NCBI GenBank assembly: GCA_965243315.1
Contig: CBDEUP010000007.1
Location: forward strand, 2,343,500 to 2,407,499
DNA: 64,000 bases
Direction of reading: 5' to 3'
Source: Alphaproteobacteria bacterium
GTDB taxonomy: Bacteria > Pseudomonadota > Alphaproteobacteria > UBA828
Part shown: positions 14,033 to 22,688 of the stretch, piece after piece
Layout of the letters: every line of letters starts with the position of its first letter
Numbering within the stretch: the first letter of the stretch is position 1
The notes under the pieces: generated by a model
Told to the model about the DNA's origin: nothing
Seen by the model: the letters and a program-made list of their open reading frames with translations, nothing else
Database searches by the model: none
Translations under genes and position numbers: made by a program

Positions 14033-15376
14033 GTGGCTTCGGCAGCCGAACAACTCGCTGCGAACCTCAACTTCGGGGCCTTCGCTAAGGCGAAAGAGCT
14101 TCAGAAGCGCCTGCTGTTCACGCTCGGCGCTCTGATCATCTACAGGCTGGGCACCTACATCCCCATCCCGGGCATCGACCCGGTGGTGCTCGACGAGGTG
14201 TTCCAGCAGCAGGCTGGCGGCATTCTCGGCATGTTCAACATGTTCGCCGGCGGTGCGCTCGGGCGCATGACCATCTTTGCGCTCAACATCATGCCGTACA
14301 TTTCGGCGGCCATCATCATCCAGCTGATGACGACGGTCTCGCCGCACCTCGCCCAGCTCAAGAAGGAGGGCGAGGCCGGGCGCAAGAAGATCAACCAATA
14401 CACCCGCTACGGCACCGTCTTCCTCGCCGCGCTGCAGGCATTCGGCATCTCGTCGGGCCTTGAGGGCTACAGCGGCCAGAGCGGCGACCTGGTGCTGGAT
14501 CCGGGCGGATTCTTCCGCCTGACCACGGTGGTGACGCTGACCGGCGGCACCATCTTCCTGATGTGGCTGGGTGAGCAGATAACCGCCAGAGGGGTCGGCA
14601 ACGGCATATCGCTGATCATCTTCGCCGGCATTGTGGCGGAGCTACCGGGCGCGCTCGCGAGCACGCTGGAGCTCGGGCGAACCGGTGCGCTCTCTGCGGT
14701 CGTGCTCATCGCGCTCTTCGTCATGGCGATCGCGGTCATCGGCTTCATCGTCTTCATCGAGCGGGCGCAGCGCCGCATCGTTGTGCAATACCCCAAACGA
14801 CAGGTGGGCCGCCGCATGTTCGGCGGCGAGCAAACCCATCTGCCGTTGAAGGTCAACACCGCCGGTGTGATCCCGCCGATCTTCGCAAGCTCGATCCTGC
14901 TGCTGCCGATCACCGCGCTCAGCATCAATGCGGGTTCCGGGCCCGAGTGGCTGACGGCGCTGACCAGCTATCTCGGTCGCGGCCAGCCGATCTACATGAT
15001 CATCTACGCGGCGGCGATCATCTTCTTCACGTACTTCTACACCTCGGTCGTGTTCAATCCCGAAGATACGGCCGATAATTTGAAGAAGAATGGCGGTTTC
15101 ATACCCGGAGTCCGTCCAGGCAAGAACACCGCGGAATATCTCGACTACGTGCTCACCCGGCTGACCTTCTGGGGCGCTCTCTATCTAGCGGCAGTGAGCC
15201 TTCTGCCCGAGCTCCTGATCTCGCAATACGCGGTGCCGTTCTACTTCGGCGGGACGAGTCTGCTCATCGTGGTCACCGTCACCATGGACACCGTGGGACA
15301 GATCCAGTCCCACCTCCTCGCCCATCAGTACGAGGGGTTGATCAAGAAGGCGAAGCTCCGAGGGAGCCGGCGTTGA
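14033..15376 (+). CDS. secY: preprotein translocase subunit SecY
   Basis: 447-aa multi-TM ORF with a GTG start. SecY-like sequence (...[24 protein letters not shown]...). Lies after rplO. Confidence 0.97.
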   Translation: MASAAEQLAANLNFGAFAKAKELQKRLLFTLGALIIYRLGTYIPIPGIDPVVLDEVFQQQAGGILGMFNMFAGGALGRMTIFALNIMPYISAAIIIQLMTTVSPHLAQLKKEGEAGRKKINQYTRYGTVFLAALQAFGISSGLEGYSGQSGDLVLDPGGFFRLTTVVTLTGGTIFLMWLGEQITARGVGNGISLIIFAGIVAELPGALASTLELGRTGALSAVVLIALFVMAIAVIGFIVFIERAQRRIVVQYPKRQVGRRMFGGEQTHLPLKVNTAGVIPPIFASSILLLPITALSINAGSGPEWLTALTSYLGRGQPIYMIIYAAAIIFFTYFYTSVVFNPEDTADNLKKNGGFIPGVRPGKNTAEYLDYVLTRLTFWGALYLAAVSLLPELLISQYAVPFYFGGTSLLIVVTVTMDTVGQIQSHLLAHQYEGLIKKAKLRGSRR

Positions 15377-16020
15377 ACCTGATCCTTCTCGGCCCACCGG
15401 GGGCGGGCAAGGGCACGCAGGCGCAACGACTGGTCGAGCGTTTCGGCATCGTCCAGCTTTCCACGGGCGACATGCTGCGGGCGGCGGTGAAGGCCGGCAC
15501 CGCGCTCGGCACTCAGGCCAAGGTGATCATGGAGGCGGGCGAGCTGGTGCCGGACGATCTCATGGTCGCTCTGATCGCGGAGCGAATCGACGAGCCGGAC
15601 TGCGCCAATGGCTTCATCCTCGACGGCTTCCCGCGCACGGTGGCGCAAGCCGACGCGTTGGATGCCATGCTGGCCGACCGTGGGCTCGCGCTCGACAGGG
15701 TGGTCGCCATCGAGGTGGACGAAGAGGCGCTGATCGAACGTATCGTCGGCCGCTTCTCCTGCGCCGACTGCGGAGCCGGCTACCACGATCAATTCAACCG
15801 GCCGAGCATCGAGGGCGTTTGCGACCAGTGCGGCAGCACGAACTTCACGCGCCGGGCGGACGACAACCGCGAGACCATGGTTGCGCGCCTCGCCGCCTAC
15901 CATGAGCAGACGGCGCCGATCATCCCGCACTACGAGGCCGGCGGCCGCTTCGCCCGGGTCGATGGCTCTGGCGGTATAGACACCATCACGGCGGCCATCG
16001 CCGCCGCGCTTCAGGACTGA
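15373..16020 (+). CDS. adk: adenylate kinase (Cys4 zinc-lid type)
   Basis: 215-aa ORF. The TTG start overlaps the secY stop. P-loop [10 protein letters not shown] and lid motif CADC-x16-CDQC are present. Confidence 0.96.
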   Translation: MNLILLGPPGAGKGTQAQRLVERFGIVQLSTGDMLRAAVKAGTALGTQAKVIMEAGELVPDDLMVALIAERIDEPDCANGFILDGFPRTVAQADALDAMLADRGLALDRVVAIEVDEEALIERIVGRFSCADCGAGYHDQFNRPSIEGVCDQCGSTNFTRRADDNRETMVARLAAYHEQTAPIIPHYEAGGRFARVDGSGGIDTITAAIAAALQD

Positions 16021-16026
16021 GACGCG

Positions 16027-16046
16027 GCGCGGGCCGCTGCCCGCGC
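16027..16046 (+). terminator. GC-rich hairpin after adk (possible terminator, no U-tract)
   Basis: GCGCGGGC-CGCT-GCCCGCGC forms a perfect 8-bp stem 7 nt after the adk stop. It is followed by CCGGCG rather than Ts, so the function is uncertain. Confidence 0.3.
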
Positions 16047-16063
16047 CCGGCGCTGCCGCTGCC

Positions 16064-16750
16064 ATGCCCCGCAAGAGACTGACGCATTTAATGGCGCGGC
16101 GCGCGATCATCGACGCCGCCCTCAGGACCGACGCAATCGGCCTCAATCACGGGACCGCAGGCAACATCGGATTCCGGGTGGGCAAGAGGTTCCTGGTCAC
16201 GCCCTCCGGTCTCTATTACGACACGATGACGCCCGCCGACATCGTCGAGATGGATCTTGAGGGCCGCCAGTGGGGCACGCGAATCCCCACCAGCGAATGG
16301 CGCTTCCATCGCGATATCTTCGCCTCGCGGCCGGATGTGAACGCGATCCTCCACAGTCATTCGGTTCATTGCACCGCGCTCGCCGTGCACGGGATGGAGA
16401 TTCCGGCTGTTCACTACATGGTAGGAACCGCGGGAGGCACAAACATCCGCTGCGCGCCCTACCGCACGCCCACGACCCAGGCGCTCTCCGACGTGGCTGT
16501 CGAGGCGCTCAAGGACCGACGCGCCTGCCTGCTACAGAATCACGGCGCCATCGTCCTGGGCGAGACGCCGGATGACTGCGTCAACCTGCTCATCGAGGTC
16601 GAGTATCTGGCGGAGCTCTATTGCCGCTCGCTGACCATCGGCGCTGCCACTGGCAAGGAGCCAAAGGTCATCTCACAGCGCAAGATGGCCGAGGTGCTGG
16701 AGATGTTGAAGACCTACGGCCAGCAGCCCGACCCAGACAGCGCGGGGTAG
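16064..16750 (+). CDS. class II aldolase/adducin-domain protein
   Basis: 228-aa ORF. Fuculose-phosphate-aldolase-like pattern: ...GNIGFRV..., ...NAILHSHSVHCTALAV..., ...LLQNHGAIVLG.... Confidence 0.85.
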   Translation: MPRKRLTHLMARRAIIDAALRTDAIGLNHGTAGNIGFRVGKRFLVTPSGLYYDTMTPADIVEMDLEGRQWGTRIPTSEWRFHRDIFASRPDVNAILHSHSVHCTALAVHGMEIPAVHYMVGTAGGTNIRCAPYRTPTTQALSDVAVEALKDRRACLLQNHGAIVLGETPDDCVNLLIEVEYLAELYCRSLTIGAATGKEPKVISQRKMAEVLEMLKTYGQQPDPDSAG

Positions 16751-16832
16751 GGAGAGCGCCGGCCCACTCCGCCGGCACGTGTCAGCCACCGCCAATCAGA
16801 CCGTTTGCCCGCCGTACCGCCGCGAGGAACTC

Positions 16833-17270
16833 ATGGACCACGAGACAGACGCGCACGGCATCCCGATAACAGCGCTCCGGCAGGACCACGCCTTCAAGGC
16901 GGTCGATGATTACAACGTCCGCATGTACATCCTGCCGCACCTGGCCGACCCCGAGAGCCGCGCCAGGATCATCGCCGAGCACAAGGCCAATCCGCTCTAC
17001 CGCCCGACCCGGCCGGGGGAGCCCGCGCCGATCTACAGCCAAGTCCTGGTCCGCCTGATCGACAAGCTCCGCGTGGTGCCGACTGCGGGCAAGCACATCA
17101 TCGTCGAGACCGAGCCCGGCAGCGAATACACCATCGCGCTGCTGCCGGAAGTGCGCGGCGAGACCGTCGTGCTCACCGAGGAAACCTACGCGACAAGGGG
17201 CGAGGCCGACCACGCGATCTTCCTCAAGCGTCTGCGGGCGCTGCTCGCCAGCTACGGCATCGAGATGTAG
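16833..17270 (+). CDS. hypothetical protein; positional candidate for the small subunit of the DMFase-like enzyme
   Basis: ATG at 16833 is preceded by GAGGA. 145 aa ending 12 nt before the large-subunit-like gene. I recognise no motif. The ORF track starts it at 16779. Confidence 0.6.
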   Translation: MDHETDAHGIPITALRQDHAFKAVDDYNVRMYILPHLADPESRARIIAEHKANPLYRPTRPGEPAPIYSQVLVRLIDKLRVVPTAGKHIIVETEPGSEYTIALLPEVRGETVVLTEETYATRGEADHAIFLKRLRALLASYGIEM

Positions 17271-17282
17271 GAGCGCGATCTG

Positions 17283-19676
17283 ATGAGCGACAAGCAGGAC
17301 CGCATGCTCCGCATTACCGGCTACTCGGACCGCCTCTCGGTCCGGCCGGGCGAGGCCATCACCTTCTACGTCCATTCCGAAGAGGACGAGGCCTACGAGG
17401 CGCAGATCGTGCGCCTGATTCACGGCGACACGAGCCCCGAAGGGCCGGGCTTCAAGGAGGAGCCAGTCGAGGCGGCCGTGAACGGCGCGTGTCCCGGCGC
17501 GCATCAGCGGATCGACGCCGGCAGCTACGTCATCGTGCCCCACGACGAGCGGCTCGCGGTCGAGAGCTTCACGCTTTGCACCTACGTTTATCCGACGCTG
17601 CCGGCGCTCGGGATGCAGGGCCTGCTCACCAAGTGGAACGAGGCGGACGGCACGGGATACGGCCTCTTCATCGACGAAAACGCCACGGTCTGCCTGCGGA
17701 TTGGCCGGGGCGCCGGCGCCGAGGAGCGTGTCTCCTGCGAGCGCCCGCTCTTCCGCAACGTCTGGTATCAGGTGACCGCCGCCTACGATGCGGCGAGCGG
17801 GCGTGTCCGGCTGGTCCAACGGCCCTGGGTGACGCAGGCCAACGGTGGCTTCGGCATGAGCCTGATCCATCCGCTGGAGGACACGACGGCCGAGGTCGAA
17901 ACACACGTCAAACCCGGCGCGCCGGCGCCCAACGCCTGCCCCTTCCTGATGGCCGCGAGCGTGGCCGAGCTGGACTCGGGCCGCAGCATCTTCGGCGCCC
18001 ACTTTGCGGGGCTCGCCGAGCCCTGGCCGATCCCGATCCATACCCACAAGTTCAACGGCAGGCTGGATCGCCCCAAGCTCGCAAACCGCGCACTGACGCA
18101 GGCGGAGATCGACGCCCTCCTCGCCGGTGCCGGCATCGACCATCTGCCGCTCGCTGCCCGCGACCCCGTCATCGGCGCCTGGGATTTCACCGCCAACATC
18201 CGGGACAACGCGGCCTCCACAGAGATCGTCGACACGGGCCCGTTCGCGCTCCACGGCCGCGGCGTCAACATGCCGGTCCGCGCCATGCCGGGGTTCAACT
18301 GGACCTCGGACACCATGAGCTATCGCCACGGGCGGGACGAATACGGGGCCATCCACTTCCACGACGAGTCGGTCGACGACGCGCGCTGGGAGCCCGCCTT
18401 CACCTTCACGATGCCGGACGACCTGAAGAGCGGTGTCTATGCCGCGCGGCTTCGGATTGGCGGCGTCGAATCGCCCGAGACCGAGGACTATCTGCCCTTC
18501 TTCGTCCGCCCGCCTGCGAGCGGGCCCACCGCGCGCATCGCGCTGGTGATGTCGACGGTGAGCTATCTCGCCTACGCCAACGACAATCTGGGCGTGACCT
18601 CTCCCGTCGCCCAGCTGCTTACCGCCCGCGCGCCGATGCTGCAGCCGAGCGATCTGCTGCTGAACAAGAAGGAAGCCTACGGCCTCGGCACCTATTCAAC
18701 CTATCGGGACGGCTGGGGCGTAAACATCTCGTCGGCGCTCCGCCCGATCCTCAACATGCGGCCCAAATACTCGCACCTGTTCTCGCCCTCGGTCTGGCAG
18801 TTCAACGCGGACCTGCATCTGGTCGATTGGCTGGAGGCGTTGGGCTACGCGGTCGACATCCACACCGAGGAGGACGTGCATCGGGAGGGTGTCGGCTTGC
18901 TCGGCCAGTACCGCGTGGTTCTGACCGCCCACCACCCTGAGTACGTCTCGGAACGGATGATGGACGCGTTCCAGGAGTACCAGCTCCGGGGCGGGCGCTG
19001 GCTCTATCTCGCGGCCAACGGCTTCTATTGGGTGACCGAGTTCCATCCGGAAAACCCGAACCTCGTCGAGGTGCGGAAGGGCGATCAGGGCTCGCGCGCC
19101 TGGACCGGCATGCCCGGCGAATACTGCAACGCCTTTGATGGCAAGCACGGCGGCGCGTGGCGCATCCGCGGGCGGCCGATGGCGAACCTGCTGGGTGTGA
19201 CCTTCACCTCGTTCGGGCTGACGCAGTCCTCCTACTACCGCCGCGCGCCGGACAGCGAGCGGGAGGAATGTGCCTGGATCTTCGAGGGCGTCGGCCGCGA
19301 CGAGCCCATCGGCGACTTCGGGCTGATCGGCGGCGGTGCCGCGGGCCTTGAGCTGGACCGCGCCGACCTGGAGCTCGGCACACCCCACCGCGCCTTCCTG
19401 CTGGCCCATTCGGAGGGCCATTCCGACATCTTCGTGCCGGTGACCGAGGAGATCACCTACTCATCCCGCGGTCAGCTCCTCACCGGCACCGGCGAGAGCA
19501 ACCCGAAGATCCGGGCGGACATGGTGTACTTCAAGACGCCGCAGGAGGGCGCGGTCTTCTCCGTCGGCTCGATGGCCTGGTGCGGCTCGCTCTCCCACAA
19601 CGGATACGACAACAACGTCTCCCGCATCACCAGGAACGTGATCGACGGCTTCCTGCGCGACGGCCCGTTACCGTAA
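17283..19676 (+). CDS. N,N-dimethylformamidase large (beta) subunit-like protein
   Basis: 797-aa ORF. The N-terminal region looks LamG/concanavalin-like (...[27 protein letters not shown]...[18 protein letters not shown]...). The C-terminal half resembles the DMFase large-subunit family from recollection (...[17 protein letters not shown]...[11 protein letters not shown]...[12 protein letters not shown]...). Confidence 0.7.
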   Translation: MSDKQDRMLRITGYSDRLSVRPGEAITFYVHSEEDEAYEAQIVRLIHGDTSPEGPGFKEEPVEAAVNGACPGAHQRIDAGSYVIVPHDERLAVESFTLCTYVYPTLPALGMQGLLTKWNEADGTGYGLFIDENATVCLRIGRGAGAEERVSCERPLFRNVWYQVTAAYDAASGRVRLVQRPWVTQANGGFGMSLIHPLEDTTAEVETHVKPGAPAPNACPFLMAASVAELDSGRSIFGAHFAGLAEPWPIPIHTHKFNGRLDRPKLANRALTQAEIDALLAGAGIDHLPLAARDPVIGAWDFTANIRDNAASTEIVDTGPFALHGRGVNMPVRAMPGFNWTSDTMSYRHGRDEYGAIHFHDESVDDARWEPAFTFTMPDDLKSGVYAARLRIGGVESPETEDYLPFFVRPPASGPTARIALVMSTVSYLAYANDNLGVTSPVAQLLTARAPMLQPSDLLLNKKEAYGLGTYSTYRDGWGVNISSALRPILNMRPKYSHLFSPSVWQFNADLHLVDWLEALGYAVDIHTEEDVHREGVGLLGQYRVVLTAHHPEYVSERMMDAFQEYQLRGGRWLYLAANGFYWVTEFHPENPNLVEVRKGDQGSRAWTGMPGEYCNAFDGKHGGAWRIRGRPMANLLGVTFTSFGLTQSSYYRRAPDSEREECAWIFEGVGRDEPIGDFGLIGGGAAGLELDRADLELGTPHRAFLLAHSEGHSDIFVPVTEEITYSSRGQLLTGTGESNPKIRADMVYFKTPQEGAVFSVGSMAWCGSLSHNGYDNNVSRITRNVIDGFLRDGPLP

Positions 19677-19749
19677 CGCGAACGTGATTGAACGGCCTCC
19701 GACCTGCGGATACCATCGCGGCAGGGCTGAGAACGGGGGATCACCGACT

Positions 19750-20358
19750 ATGGCACACGATCACGCCCACAACGCTCCGCCATCCGAGACGGCGATGAGG
19801 GTCAAGGCCCTGGAGACGCTCCTCACCGAGAAGGGCCTGCTCGACCCCGCCGCCATCGACGCATTGGTGGAGACCTACGAGACGAAGATCGGCCCGCGCA
19901 ACGGCGCCAAGGTGGTGGCACGGGCGTGGACCGACCCGGATTACAAGCAAAGGCTGCTTGAGGACGGGAGCGCGGCGATCGCCGAGCTCGGCTTCAGCGG
20001 CGTGCAGGGCGAGGACATGATCGTCGTCGAGAACACCGATGACGTGCACAACCTGGTCACATGCACGCTCTGCTCCTGCTATCCGTGGCCGACGCTCGGG
20101 CTGCCGCCCATCTGGTTCAAGAGCGCCCCCTACCGGGCTCGCTCGGTCATCGACCCGCGCGGGGTGCTCGAGGAATTCGGCGTCGAGGTCTCCGACGATA
20201 TCGAGATACGGGTGTGGGACAGCAGCGCCGAGCTCCGCTACCTGGTGCTGCCGCAGCGGCCTGCGGGGACGGAAGGCCTGAGCGAGGACGAGCTGGCGGC
20301 GTTAGTGACCCGCGATTCCATGATCGGCACGGCGCTGGTCGAAGCGCCCGCGAGCTGA
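19750..20358 (+). CDS. nthA: nitrile hydratase alpha subunit, cobalt type
   Basis: ATG at 19750 follows GGGGGA. 202 aa. The metal site [11 protein letters not shown] (codons 20062-20079) is the Co-type CTLCSC motif. ...[22 protein letters not shown]... is typical NHase alpha. Confidence 0.92.
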   Translation: MAHDHAHNAPPSETAMRVKALETLLTEKGLLDPAAIDALVETYETKIGPRNGAKVVARAWTDPDYKQRLLEDGSAAIAELGFSGVQGEDMIVVENTDDVHNLVTCTLCSCYPWPTLGLPPIWFKSAPYRARSVIDPRGVLEEFGVEVSDDIEIRVWDSSAELRYLVLPQRPAGTEGLSEDELAALVTRDSMIGTALVEAPAS

Positions 20359-20385
20359 CCAGCCGGTTCCGAAGGGAGCACAGCG

Positions 20386-20700
20386 ATGAACGGAATCCAC
20401 GACATGGGCGGCATGCAGTGCATGGGCCCGATTATTCGTGAGGAAAATGAGCCCCGGTTCCACGAGGAGTGGGAAGGTCGGGTCTTCGGTATGTTCTTCA
20501 CCAACTTCGCCGAAGGCCACTTCAACGTGGACATGTTCCGCCACGCCATCGAGCGGATGGGCCCGGCCGAGTACCTGGAGACCTCGTATTACGAGCACTG
20601 GCTGCACGTCTACGAGACTGTGCTGGTGGAACGGGGCATCCTGACCCAGGCCGAGATCGACGAGAAGATCGCGAGCCTTCGCGAAGCGGGAGAGTCGTGA
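20386..20700 (+). CDS. nthB: nitrile hydratase beta subunit, N-terminal half as a separate ORF
   Basis: 104 aa. MNGIHDMGGM...EPRFHEEWEGRVFGM...YYEHWL is the canonical NHase-beta N-terminus. The TGA stop at 20698-20700 overlaps the next ATG. Confidence 0.88.
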   Translation: MNGIHDMGGMQCMGPIIREENEPRFHEEWEGRVFGMFFTNFAEGHFNVDMFRHAIERMGPAEYLETSYYEHWLHVYETVLVERGILTQAEIDEKIASLREAGES

Positions 20701-21053
20701 TGCCAACTCTGACGCCTGACATGGTTCCGGGCCTGGTCGCCGGCGGCGCGTCCTGCCGTATGGATGTGGACGTCGCACCGAAGTTCAAGGTCGGCGACAC
20801 GGTCAAGGCCCGCGACATCAATCCCGTGTCTCACACCCGGCTGCCGCGTTATATCCGGGGCAGAACCGGACGGATCGAGCGCGATCACGGCGTCTTCGCG
20901 TTCCCGGACACCTCGGCCGCATCGGGCACCCACAGCGACCCTCAGCACGTTTATAGCGTGCGGTTCGAGGGGAGCGAGCTCTGGGGCAACCACGCGAACG
21001 CGAACGCCTGCGTCTACATCGATCTCTTCGACGACTATCTCGACAGTGCATGA
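20700..21053 (+). CDS. nthB: nitrile hydratase beta subunit, C-terminal half as a separate ORF
   Basis: ATG at 20700 (TGATG overlap). 117 aa. ...KFKVGDTVKARDINPVSHTRLPRYIRGRTGRIERDHGVFAFPDT...YSVRFEGSELWG matches the NHase-beta C-terminal SH3-like domain. Confidence 0.85.
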   Translation: MPTLTPDMVPGLVAGGASCRMDVDVAPKFKVGDTVKARDINPVSHTRLPRYIRGRTGRIERDHGVFAFPDTSAASGTHSDPQHVYSVRFEGSELWGNHANANACVYIDLFDDYLDSA

Positions 21054-21427
21054 GCGCTGCGGAATCGGCTGACGACCTGCCGCAGCTTCCCTGGGACGCC
21101 GAAGACGGGCCGGTCTTCAAGGAGCCGTGGGAGGCGACCGCCTTCGCCATGGCGGTCCGGCTGTCGGAGGCCGGCAAGTTCACCTGGTCGGAGTGGGTCG
21201 ACTACCTCTCTGCCGAGATCGCCGCGGCGAAACGGAGAGGCGATCCCGATCTAGGCGACCGCTATTACGAGCACTGGCTGAGCGCGCTTGAGAAGCTGGT
21301 GATCGACAAGGGGCTCGGGTCCGAAGCGGAGCTTGCCAACCTCAAGCATGACTGGACCGAAGCAACCATCCACACTCCCCACGGCCAACCCATCGGGTTG
21401 AAGAAGCGCACGCCGTCCGGCCAATAG
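21050..21427 (+). CDS. nitrile hydratase accessory (activator) protein-like
   Basis: 125 aa. 4-nt overlap with the preceding gene. ...PVFKEPWEATAFAMAVRLSEAGKFTWSEW...YYEHWLSALEKL... resembles the beta-homologous NHase activator family. Confidence 0.8.
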   Translation: MSAAESADDLPQLPWDAEDGPVFKEPWEATAFAMAVRLSEAGKFTWSEWVDYLSAEIAAAKRRGDPDLGDRYYEHWLSALEKLVIDKGLGSEAELANLKHDWTEATIHTPHGQPIGLKKRTPSGQ

Positions 21428-21487
21428 AGAAAGTGACGCTACTTCCCTGATACGATTGCGCCATCCGGCGCAGCGAGGAGACGACAA

Positions 21488-22672
21488 GTGCCAGGACCGC
21501 TCGACGGCTACCGCGTCATCGACCTCACGTCGATGGTCTCGGGCCCCTTCGCCACGATGATGCTGGGCGACCAGGGCGCCGAGGTGATCAAGGTGGAGGC
21601 CATCGGCCAGGGCGATCACACGCGCACCGGCAGCAACCGCTCCAACGGGCTCGCCTCGGGCTTTCTGAACGTCAACCGCAACAAGCGCTCGATCGCTGTC
21701 AACCTGAAGGACCCGCGCGGTCGCGACGCCGTGATCCGTCTCGCGGAGAGTGCCGACGTCTTCATCCAGAACTTCCGGCCGGGCGTTGTCGAGCGACTGG
21801 GAGTCGCTGAGCCCGACATCCGGGCCGCCAACCCCGAGATCGTCTACGTCTCGATCAACGGCTTCGGAGAGACCGGCCCCTACGCGGACAAGCGCGTCTA
21901 CGACCCGATCATCCAGGCCGCGTCGGGGCTGGCCTCGGTCCAGGGCGGCTCGGACGATGCGCGTCCCCGTCTCGTGCGCACCATCCTGCCCGACAAGCTG
22001 ACGGGTGTGACCGCAGCCCAGGCCGTCACCGCAGCGCTTCTCGCGCGCGAGCGCACGGGCCAGAGCCAGCACGTGCGCCTCTCCATGCTCGATGCCGTGG
22101 TCTCGTTCCTCTGGGCGTCGGACATGGGCGGCCAGACCTTCCTGGAGCAGGCGCCGACGGAGCAGCGGGCGGCGAGCTTCATCGACCTGATCTACGAGAC
22201 CAAGGACGGCCACATGAGCGTGGCAGTCATGAGCGACCGAGAGTGGGTCGGGCTCACGCGCGCGCTGGAGCGGCCCGAATGGCTGGAGGACGCGCGTTTC
22301 AGGACGCCGGCGCTGCGCGATGAGAATATCGACGATCGCCTCTCGCTCACCCAGGAGGTGCTGCGAACCCGGACCACCGACGAGTGGATGGAGCGGCTGG
22401 AGGCCGAGGGCGTGCCCTGCGCGCCGGTGCTGACTAGGACCGCGCTGGTGGAGCACCCGCAAGTCGCTGCCGCCGGCACGCTGGTCGAGCTCGATCATCC
22501 CGTCGCAGGCAAGATGCGCCAGGCGCGGCCGGCGGCGCGCTTCGAGACGACGCCGAGTTCCATCCGCCGCGGCGCACCGATGCTCGGCGAGCACACGGGG
22601 GAGCTGCTCGCCGAGGCCGGGCTATCCGCAAGTGAGATCGCCGCGCTGCACGAGGCCGGCGTCGTCGCCTGA
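21488..22672 (+). CDS. family III CoA-transferase (CaiB/BaiF-like)
   Basis: 394 aa. GTG start after GAGGAG. The N-terminus PLDGYRVIDLTSMVSGPFATMMLGDQGAEVIKVE is typical of the family. Confidence 0.88.
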   Translation: MPGPLDGYRVIDLTSMVSGPFATMMLGDQGAEVIKVEAIGQGDHTRTGSNRSNGLASGFLNVNRNKRSIAVNLKDPRGRDAVIRLAESADVFIQNFRPGVVERLGVAEPDIRAANPEIVYVSINGFGETGPYADKRVYDPIIQAASGLASVQGGSDDARPRLVRTILPDKLTGVTAAQAVTAALLARERTGQSQHVRLSMLDAVVSFLWASDMGGQTFLEQAPTEQRAASFIDLIYETKDGHMSVAVMSDREWVGLTRALERPEWLEDARFRTPALRDENIDDRLSLTQEVLRTRTTDEWMERLEAEGVPCAPVLTRTALVEHPQVAAAGTLVELDHPVAGKMRQARPAARFETTPSSIRRGAPMLGEHTGELLAEAGLSASEIAALHEAGVVA

Positions 22673-22688
22673 GTTTCATGGTTTCCAT

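Noticed and set aside
15373-16020. Cys4 zinc-lid (CADC-x16-CDQC) adenylate kinase as an unusual feature for a Gram-negative organism.
   Set aside because: Metal-binding lids are already documented in some Gram-negative adenylate kinases, for example in Paracoccus. The feature is real but not novel.
19750-20358. NHase-alpha-like ORF as a nitrile-hydratase-leader-peptide (NHLP) RiPP precursor.
   Set aside because: It is a full-length alpha subunit with an intact CTLCSC metal site, adjacent beta halves and an activator. No short Cys-rich core peptide or cyclodehydratase/rSAM maturase is nearby.
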